The translations under genes and the position numbers were made by a program. Shown here in pieces: positions 57,532-64,000 of a stretch of 64,000 nucleotides of DNA (within the stretch, counting starts at the first letter, position 1; the number at the start of each line of letters is the position of its first letter). A model generated the notes under the pieces. It was not told the DNA's origin and did not search any database. It saw only the letters and a list, made by a program, of their open reading frames with translations. Source of the stretch: Spirochaetia bacterium. GTDB lineage: Bacteria > Spirochaetota > Spirochaetia > SZUA-6 > Bin103. The stretch spans positions 4,160,001-4,224,000 of the forward strand of contig OZ241863.1 in NCBI GenBank assembly GCA_965203055.1, read 5' to 3'.

Positions 57532-59571
57532 GTGATGATTCCGATGATTATTGGACGAAGGCTGGCCGCGGCCGCCGCCGGCGTGGTACTCGCCGCCGGC
57601 GCCTTCGCCGCCGGTCAGGAGGAGGCGGGCATGGGCGCCGCTCCTGCCGCCGCCGGAGGCGGCGGGGGGATGTCGCCGCTGTCGGAAGGGACCTTCTGGG
57701 CCACCCTTTCGGACTACGAGGCAGCTACCGGCAACGCGATCTCCTCGTTCGACGAAGCGCCCATGCTGGCGGCAATGGTGGCCGACGGGTCGCTGCCGCC
57801 GGTGGAGGACCGGCTGCCGGCCGAACCGTTCGTCATTCAGCCGTTCGAGAACATCGGCAGCTACGGCGGCACCCTCAATCTCATCAAGTTCTACGACTAT
57901 TTCTGGGGCGCCGGATCCTACATGCACCTGGAAACGATGCTCGGGCGCCAGCGCCCCGAGGTGGACAAGCAGGTCATCCCCAACATCGCCCGCGGTTGGG
58001 AGTACAGCCCCGACGGCACCACCTTGACCCTCTTCCTGCGCGAGGGGCACAAGTGGTCGGATGGCTCCCCCTTTACCTCGGCGGACTTCATGTTCTGGTA
58101 CGAGGACCTCACCCTGAACGAGGAGTACACGCCGCTCATCTCCCGCCGCTGGTACGTGAACGACGAGCTGATGAAGATGCGCGCGGTGGACGAGACCACG
58201 GTGCAGTTCGACTTCGCCGGTCCGTGGCGCGGGTTGATCTACAACCTCTCCGGCGGCGCCACCGGCATCACCATGCGCAGCCCCTACGCCCAGAGCGAGT
58301 ACCTCAAGCAGTTCCATCCCAAGTACAACGACAACGCCGCGGACCTGGCCAAGGAGGCGGGCTTCGACACCTGGTTCCAGCACCTGCGGGCGAAGGCGCA
58401 ATACAACGATGACAGCGCCGCGGAAGGCGTGCCGTTGCTGAGCGCCTGGATCCCGGAGACGGTGGAGATCGATTACGTGGTGCAGAAGCGCAATCCCTAC
58501 TACTACAAGATCGATACCGCCGGCAACCAGTTGCCCTACATCGACGAGTTGCGCTCGGCGCTGGCCGGCAACCCGGAGCTGGTCGCGGCCAAGGTGATCA
58601 GCGGCCAGTCCGACTACGGCGCCGGCATCTGGGGCGGCGGCGTCAGCATCGACCGGCTGCCGTTGCTGCTGTCGCGCGCGGAACAGAACAACCTGCGCGT
58701 GTCGGTGGCGCCTACCCTCACGAGTTGGGCCGCCCTCGACGTCGGCCTGTTCTTCAACAACACCTATCCCGATCCGGTGATCCGCGAGCTCTACGCCGAC
58801 GTGCGCTTCAAGCAGGCGCTGTCACTGGCCATCGATCGCGACGAGATCAACGAGCTGGTGTTCGGCGGCCTGGGCAAGCCGAGCCTGGCGACCGTGCAGT
58901 CCAGCTCCCCCTGGTACGACGAGGAGACCGCCACCGAGTTCGCGGTGTACGACCCGGAGCGCGCCGCCGCGCTGCTGGACGAGATCGGCCTGCGCCCGGG
59001 CGTCGACGGCGTGCGCATCCGCCCCGACGGCCAGCCGCTGGAGCTGATCCTGCAGATCGCGCCGTGGGTATCCACCCATGCGCCGGCGGCCGAGTTGATC
59101 TCCGAATACTGGACCGAGGCCGGCGTGAAGACCACGGTGGACGTCAGCGGCAACCAGTGGGAGAAGTACAGCGCCAACGAGACCATGGTGAACATCTGGC
59201 AGCTCGACGAGAGCGACTACGGGCGCACGGTGGGCAGCATTCAGTGGTGGGCCGGCGGCCAGTTCTGGGGCCGTGAATGGCAGAAGTGGCGCCAGACGGC
59301 GGGCGCGGAAGGCGAGGAACCGCCGCCCGCGGTGCGCGAGTACTTCGAGCTGTGGAACCGGATCCCGAACACCAACGACCCCGCCGAGCAGGTGGCCCTC
59401 GGCAAGCGGGCGATCCGGTTGCTCGCCGACAACCTGTGGTACATCGGCGTCATGGCGCCGCCGCCGGACGTGCGCTTCGCGCGCGCGACCCTGCGCAACA
59501 TCGATCTGCAGAATCTGCCTCACCTGCAGTTTGCGCCGGCCGCGTCGTCCCAGTGGTACCTCGAGAACTGA
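57532..59571 (+). CDS. Family 5 ABC substrate-binding protein
   Basis: EAPMLA, LPPVEDRLP, KWSDGSPFTSAD, RNPYYYKIDTAGNQLPYID. Confidence 0.9.
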   Translation: MMIPMIIGRRLAAAAAGVVLAAGAFAAGQEEAGMGAAPAAAGGGGGMSPLSEGTFWATLSDYEAATGNAISSFDEAPMLAAMVADGSLPPVEDRLPAEPFVIQPFENIGSYGGTLNLIKFYDYFWGAGSYMHLETMLGRQRPEVDKQVIPNIARGWEYSPDGTTLTLFLREGHKWSDGSPFTSADFMFWYEDLTLNEEYTPLISRRWYVNDELMKMRAVDETTVQFDFAGPWRGLIYNLSGGATGITMRSPYAQSEYLKQFHPKYNDNAADLAKEAGFDTWFQHLRAKAQYNDDSAAEGVPLLSAWIPETVEIDYVVQKRNPYYYKIDTAGNQLPYIDELRSALAGNPELVAAKVISGQSDYGAGIWGGGVSIDRLPLLLSRAEQNNLRVSVAPTLTSWAALDVGLFFNNTYPDPVIRELYADVRFKQALSLAIDRDEINELVFGGLGKPSLATVQSSSPWYDEETATEFAVYDPERAAALLDEIGLRPGVDGVRIRPDGQPLELILQIAPWVSTHAPAAELISEYWTEAGVKTTVDVSGNQWEKYSANETMVNIWQLDESDYGRTVGSIQWWAGGQFWGREWQKWRQTAGAEGEEPPPAVREYFELWNRIPNTNDPAEQVALGKRAIRLLADNLWYIGVMAPPPDVRFARATLRNIDLQNLPHLQFAPAASSQWYLEN

Positions 59572-59585
59572 CCGGCCTTTGCTGA

Positions 59586-59627
59586 CCCCGCGCCGGCCGC
59601 CCGCTTGCCGCGGCGGCCGGCGCGGGG
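59586..59627 (+). terminator. 16-bp GC stem-loop between binding-protein and permease genes (attenuator or mRNA stabiliser)
   Basis: ccccgcgccggccgcc-N10-ggcggccggcgcgggg; no clear U tract. Confidence 0.55.
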
Positions 59628-59639
59628 GCTTGCGACACC

Positions 59640-60635
59640 GTGGCGCACTACATCCTCCGCCGCGTGCTGTACATGCTGGTGGTAATGGCGCTGATTTCGA
59701 TCTGCGCGTTCGTCATCATCCAGCTCCCTCCCGGCGACTACATCACCGACTACGTCGCGCGGCTGCAGTCGCGCAGCGGCGTCGTCGACGAGGCGCTCGT
59801 CGAGGCCCTGAGACGGCAATACGGGCTCGATCAGCCGCTGTACGCGCAGTACCTGAAGTGGATGGGCAAGCTGCTGCGCGGCGACTTCGGCCAGTCGTTT
59901 TCGTTCGAACGCCCGGTGCGCGACCTGCTCGCCGAGCGGCTGCCGATGACGGTGCTGATCTCGCTCCTGTCCCTGGTCTTCGTCTACGCGGCATCGATCC
60001 CGATCGGCATCTACTCCGCTACCCACCAGTATTCCCTGACCGACTACACGTTCACCGTGCTCGGATTCATCGGTCTCGCCACGCCCAACTTCCTGCTGGC
60101 GCTGGTCCTGATGCTGCTGTTCTTCCAGTGGTTCGGCTGGAACGTCGGCGGCCTGTTCTCGATCCAGTTCGTCGATCAGCCGTGGAGTTGGGCCAAGTTT
60201 CTGGACCTGCTCGCCCACCTGCCGGTGCCGATCATCGTCATCGGCACGGCCGGCACCGCCGGGCTGATCCGCGTGCTGCGCAGCTCGCTGCTGGACGAGC
60301 TGGCCCGGCAGTACGTGATCACCGCGCGCGCCAAGGGCGTGGCGGAGCGGCGGCTGCTGTTCAGGTATCCGGTGCGGGTGGCGGTCAACCCGATCATCAG
60401 CACCGTCGGCTGGGTGCTGCCGGCCATCGTCTCGGGCGAGACCATCGTGGCAATCGTGCTCGGATTGCCGACCATCGGCCCGCTGGTGTTCCGCTCGCTG
60501 GAGCAGCAGGACATGTTCCTGGCCGGCAGCACCATCATGGCGTTGAGCCTGCTCACCGTGGTGGGAACCCTCATCTCCGACCTCCTGTTGGTGATGGCGG
60601 ACCCGCGCATTCGCTTCGAGGCCGTGGAGCGGTGA
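59640..60635 (+). CDS. ABC permease (DppB-like)
   Basis: YILRR, LPPGD, GDFGQS, TARAKG, DPRIR. Confidence 0.9.
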   Translation: MAHYILRRVLYMLVVMALISICAFVIIQLPPGDYITDYVARLQSRSGVVDEALVEALRRQYGLDQPLYAQYLKWMGKLLRGDFGQSFSFERPVRDLLAERLPMTVLISLLSLVFVYAASIPIGIYSATHQYSLTDYTFTVLGFIGLATPNFLLALVLMLLFFQWFGWNVGGLFSIQFVDQPWSWAKFLDLLAHLPVPIIVIGTAGTAGLIRVLRSSLLDELARQYVITARAKGVAERRLLFRYPVRVAVNPIISTVGWVLPAIVSGETIVAIVLGLPTIGPLVFRSLEQQDMFLAGSTIMALSLLTVVGTLISDLLLVMADPRIRFEAVER

Positions 60636-61765
60636 GCCCACCGGTACCGGCGCCGGCCGGCCCCGAGCGCGAGAGCGCTCTCGCGGAGCAGTACTACCTC
60701 GCTACCCAATGGCAGTTGATGTGGCGCAAGTTCCGGCGCCACCGGCTCGCCGCCGCGGGCGGGGCGGTGCTGGTGGTGTTCTACGTGACCGCCCTGCTCG
60801 CGGAGTTCGTGGCGCCGACCGTGCCGGCGGCGCGCAACCGCGAGCTGGTCTACGCCCCGCCCCATCGGGTTCGCTTCATGCATGACGGCGCGTTGCGCGC
60901 TCCCTTCATCTACGGCTACGACCGCGCGGTCGACCTGCTCACGACGCAGCGCATCTACACCCCGAACCGCGAACTGATCCATCCGATCCGGCTGTTCGTG
61001 CGCGGCGAGGCGTACCGCTTCTGGGGCCTGTTCGAGACCGACCTGCACCTGTTCGGGGCCGAGGGCACCACCATCCTTCTGCTCGGCTCCGACTCCTTCG
61101 GGCGCGACATGTTCACCCGCAACCTGTACGCCGCGCGGGTGTCCCTGTCGGTGGGGCTGGTGGGCGTGTTCCTGAGCTTCGTGCTCGGCGTGATCCTCGG
61201 CGGCATCTCCGGCTACTACGGCGGCACCGCCGACATCGCGATCCAGCGCCTCATCGAGTTCCTCATCGCCCTGCCCACCATCCCGGTGTGGATGGCGCTG
61301 GCCGCGGCGCTCCCGCCGGGCTGGGAGTCGGTGAAGATCTACTTCGGCATTACCATCATCCTGTCGATCGTCGGCTGGACCGGGCTGGCGCGGGTGGTGC
61401 GCGGCAAGCTGCTGGAGCTGCGCGAGGCCGACTTCGTCATGGCCGCGCGCGTCGCCGGCTCGCGCGAAGGCCGCATCATCGGCCTGCATCTGCTGCCGTC
61501 GTTCCTGAGCTACCTCATCGTGCACCTTACCCTGGCCATTCCGGGCATGATCCTGGGCGAGACGGCGCTCAGCTTCCTCGGCCTCGGCATCCGCCCGCCG
61601 GCGGTGAGCTGGGGCACCCTGCTGCAGGACGCCCAGAACGTGCAGACCGTCATTCTCTATCCGTGGCTGATGCTGCCGGCGCTGTTCGTGGTGGCCGCGG
61701 TGCTGATGTTCAACTTCCTCGGCGACGGGCTGCGCGACGCGGCCGACCCCTACAAAGCGGGCTAG
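60632..61765 (+). CDS. ABC permease (DppC-like)
   Basis: [31 protein letters not shown]. Confidence 0.9.
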   Translation: MSPPVPAPAGPERESALAEQYYLATQWQLMWRKFRRHRLAAAGGAVLVVFYVTALLAEFVAPTVPAARNRELVYAPPHRVRFMHDGALRAPFIYGYDRAVDLLTTQRIYTPNRELIHPIRLFVRGEAYRFWGLFETDLHLFGAEGTTILLLGSDSFGRDMFTRNLYAARVSLSVGLVGVFLSFVLGVILGGISGYYGGTADIAIQRLIEFLIALPTIPVWMALAAALPPGWESVKIYFGITIILSIVGWTGLARVVRGKLLELREADFVMAARVAGSREGRIIGLHLLPSFLSYLIVHLTLAIPGMILGETALSFLGLGIRPPAVSWGTLLQDAQNVQTVILYPWLMLPALFVVAAVLMFNFLGDGLRDAADPYKAG

Positions 61766-61869
61766 CCGGCGCGCCGGACAGCGCGCGGGGGGCCGAACTT
61801 CAGAACGGCGGGGCCCGTGTCTTGCCGATTCGTCGTCGTCGTCATACGCTTTGTGTCGTGAACACCACT

Positions 61870-62100
61870 ATGAATGTGTCGCTGCCTGCCTCGCTCAAGT
61901 CATTCGTAGACCAGCAGGTCACCGGGCGCGGATACGAAACCTGTAGCGAGTACGTCCGTGCCCTGATCCGCCAGGACCAGGATCGGCAACACCTGCGCAG
62001 GCTGTTGCAGGAGGGAGCCGAGTCAACCGCGTCGCAACCGGTTGATGCGGCCTATTTCGATGACCTGAGAGGCCGTGTGCGCTCACGTTCTCACGGTTGA
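61870..62100 (+). CDS. ParD-like (CC2985-type) antitoxin
   Basis: MNVSLPASLKSFVDQQV...SEYVRALIRQDQ. Confidence 0.82.
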   Translation: MNVSLPASLKSFVDQQVTGRGYETCSEYVRALIRQDQDRQHLRRLLQEGAESTASQPVDAAYFDDLRGRVRSRSHG

Positions 62101-62103
62101 CCG

Positions 62104-62262
62104 TGGGAGCTGGACATGCCGGGACTGCATACTTGGCCCCTGAAGCGTTACCCCTACTTGGTCTTCTACCGCGACCGCGGCGACCACATCGACGTGTGGC
62201 GCGTGCTGCACGGCCGACGTGACATCGCCGCATGGATGCGTGAGTGGAGCACGCCTCACTGA
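62104..62262 (+). pseudogene. ParE/RelE toxin, C-terminal half only
   Basis: Hand translation WELDMPGLHTWPLKRYPYLVFYRDRGDHIDVWRVLHGRRDI starts just after the antitoxin stop; the N-terminal half is missing. Confidence 0.78.
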
Positions 62263-62273
62263 CGAGAGCGACC

Positions 62274-63863
62274 GTGCGAACGTTCAATACCGCAGGGCCG
62301 GTGGTGGCCGCGGACCACTACTGCATCCCGCCGCTGGAACGGATCGAGCTCGACACGGTGCTCGGCTTGATCCGGGACAAGAAGTACTTCGTGCTGCACG
62401 CGCCGCGCCAGACCGGCAAGACCTCGGCGCTGCTGGCGCTGCGGGACCTGCTGAACAGCGGCGCGCAGGGCGAGTACCGCTGCGTGTACGCCAACGTGGA
62501 AGCGGGCCAGGCGATGCGCGGGAACGTGGCGGAAGGCATGCGCACCGTCCTGTCCCAGTTCGCCCTCCGGGCAAGCCTGACGCTGGGCGACGACACGCTG
62601 GAGCGGGTCTGCCGCAACGCCATGAACAGCGCCGGACCGGGCGGCGCACTGAGCTTGATGCTGAGTCGCTGGGCCGCGGCCGACCGCCGGCCGCTGGTGC
62701 TGCTGATCGACGAGATCGACGCGCTGGTCGGCGACACCCTGCTGTCGGTGCTGCGGCAACTGCGCAGCGGCTACGACCAGCGTCCGGCCGCCTTCCCGCA
62801 CAGCATCATCCTCTGCGGGGTGCGCGACGTGCGCGACTACCGCATCCACTCGATCGCCGAGGACCGCTTGGTGCTCGGCGGCAGCGCCTTCAACATCAAG
62901 TCCGAGTCGTTGCGCCTGGGAGATTTCTCGGAGCAGGAGGTAGCGGCGCTGCTGGCGCAGCACACCGCGGCGACCGGGCAGGGGTTCTCGGAGGAGGCGC
63001 AGGCGTTGATCGGGGCGCGCACCGCCGGCCAGCCGTGGCTGGTGAACGCGCTCTGCTACGACGCCTGCTTCCGCCATCCGCCGGGGTGCGACCGCTCGCG
63101 TCCCATCACCGCGGCCGCGGTCCTGGAGGCGCAGGAGCGGCTGATTCAGCGCCGCGACACCCATATCGACGATCTGGGTCACAAGCTGCGCGAGGAGCGC
63201 GTGCGGCGGGTGGTGGAGCCGATTCTGACCGGATCGTTAGAAGCCGCGTGCTCGGACGAGGACCTGGCCTACGCGCGTGACCTGGGACTGGTGGCGCAGG
63301 ACGCCGCCGGCACGCCGCGCATCGCCAATCCGATCTACGCCGAGGTGGTGCCGCGGCATCTCAACTACGCGGTGCAGGAGACGCTGCCGCAACAGATGGC
63401 GTGGTATGTCGACGCGGCCGGCGGCCTGGACGTGGCGGGGCTGATCGCGGCGTTCCAGGCGTTCTTCCGCGAGCACTCCGAGCATTGGGTGCAGCGCTTC
63501 GAGCGATACCACGAGGCCGGCCCGCAGTTGCTGCTGCAGGCGCACCTGCAGCGCATCGTCAACGGCGGCGGGCGGATCGAGCGGGAGTACGCGCTGGGGC
63601 GCGGGCGCACCGACCTGCTGATCGTGTGGCCGCAGGGCGGGCGCGAGCGCCGCTTCGTGGTGGAGTGCAAGATGCTGCGCAGGGGGCTGGAGCGGACGAT
63701 TTCCGACGGGGTGGCGCAAACCCGCGGCTACGTGGACCGCTGCGGCGCGGAGGCGGGCCACCTGATCGTGTTCGACCGCGCGCCGGAACGAACCTGGGAG
63801 GAAAAGATCTTCCGCCGCCCCCCGGCGGGAGACGGCGCGCCGGTCACGGTCTGGGGGATGTGA
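62274..63863 (+). CDS. AAA-like ATPase with C-terminal PD-(D/E)XK domain
   Basis: FNTAGP, APRQTGKTS, LIDEID, EREYALGRGRTDLLI...VVECK. Start uncertain (ORF open from 62244). Confidence 0.82.
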   Translation: MRTFNTAGPVVAADHYCIPPLERIELDTVLGLIRDKKYFVLHAPRQTGKTSALLALRDLLNSGAQGEYRCVYANVEAGQAMRGNVAEGMRTVLSQFALRASLTLGDDTLERVCRNAMNSAGPGGALSLMLSRWAAADRRPLVLLIDEIDALVGDTLLSVLRQLRSGYDQRPAAFPHSIILCGVRDVRDYRIHSIAEDRLVLGGSAFNIKSESLRLGDFSEQEVAALLAQHTAATGQGFSEEAQALIGARTAGQPWLVNALCYDACFRHPPGCDRSRPITAAAVLEAQERLIQRRDTHIDDLGHKLREERVRRVVEPILTGSLEAACSDEDLAYARDLGLVAQDAAGTPRIANPIYAEVVPRHLNYAVQETLPQQMAWYVDAAGGLDVAGLIAAFQAFFREHSEHWVQRFERYHEAGPQLLLQAHLQRIVNGGGRIEREYALGRGRTDLLIVWPQGGRERRFVVECKMLRRGLERTISDGVAQTRGYVDRCGAEAGHLIVFDRAPERTWEEKIFRRPPAGDGAPVTVWGM

Positions 63864-63897
63864 ACGCCCAGGTGGGCATCACCAACGTCGTACGCGG

Positions 63898-64000
63898 TCA
63901 GTGGGATGCGTAGGGGTCGGCGGCGTCGCGCAGGCCGTCGCCGAGGAACATGAAGGTCATCACCGTGACCACCACGAACAGCACCGGGATCAGCAGCCAG
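63898..64000 (-). CDS. 3' end of a second DppC-like ABC permease (partial)
   Basis: [37 protein letters not shown]. Confidence 0.8.
   Translation of the reverse strand, partial: WLLIPVLFVVVTVMTFMFLGDGLRDAADPYASH

Noticed and set aside
61714..63950. About 39-bp imperfect inverted repeat flanking the TA/AAA genes
   Set aside because: Explained by the conserved [13 protein letters not shown] ends of two convergent permeases, not transposon ends.

Overview
High-GC bacterial chromosomal DNA. The TatT/TatP TRAP system, mevalonate genes and 'AGQEE' solute-binding-protein N-terminus suggest a Spirochaetota genome (inference). Bases 1-17.9 kb are a minus-strand defence island that begins 11 bp after nrdB. 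In transcription order it holds McrB/McrC, a SNF2 helicase with a DUF3883 nuclease domain, two decayed genes, a low-GC three-gene cassette, a DUF1156 methyltransferase and a DUF262-AlbA fusion that runs off the window. The low-GC cassette (SPPY methyltransferase, Ser/Thr kinase fused to an ORC/CDC6-like ATPase, tandem CARF-like Rossmann protein) is the best candidate for an undescribed system. Its 5' junction is marked by a family of 25-31 bp palindromes. The rest of the window is mostly housekeeping and transport: class Ic ribonucleotide reductase, MutY-like, YpdA-like, RecD2, TPAT TRAP, TatD, PfkB, a Nudix-PLP enzyme fusion, HMG-CoA synthase/fni, AICAR transformylase, ThyX, two ABC systems and RarA. 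It also contains two tandem orphan NHLP RiPP precursors, repeat-rich coiled-coil proteins, a ParD antitoxin with a truncated ParE, and an AAA-PD-(D/E)XK gene. I saw no rRNA, tRNA, CRISPR array, integrase or transposase. All family calls come from reading motifs, not database searches.
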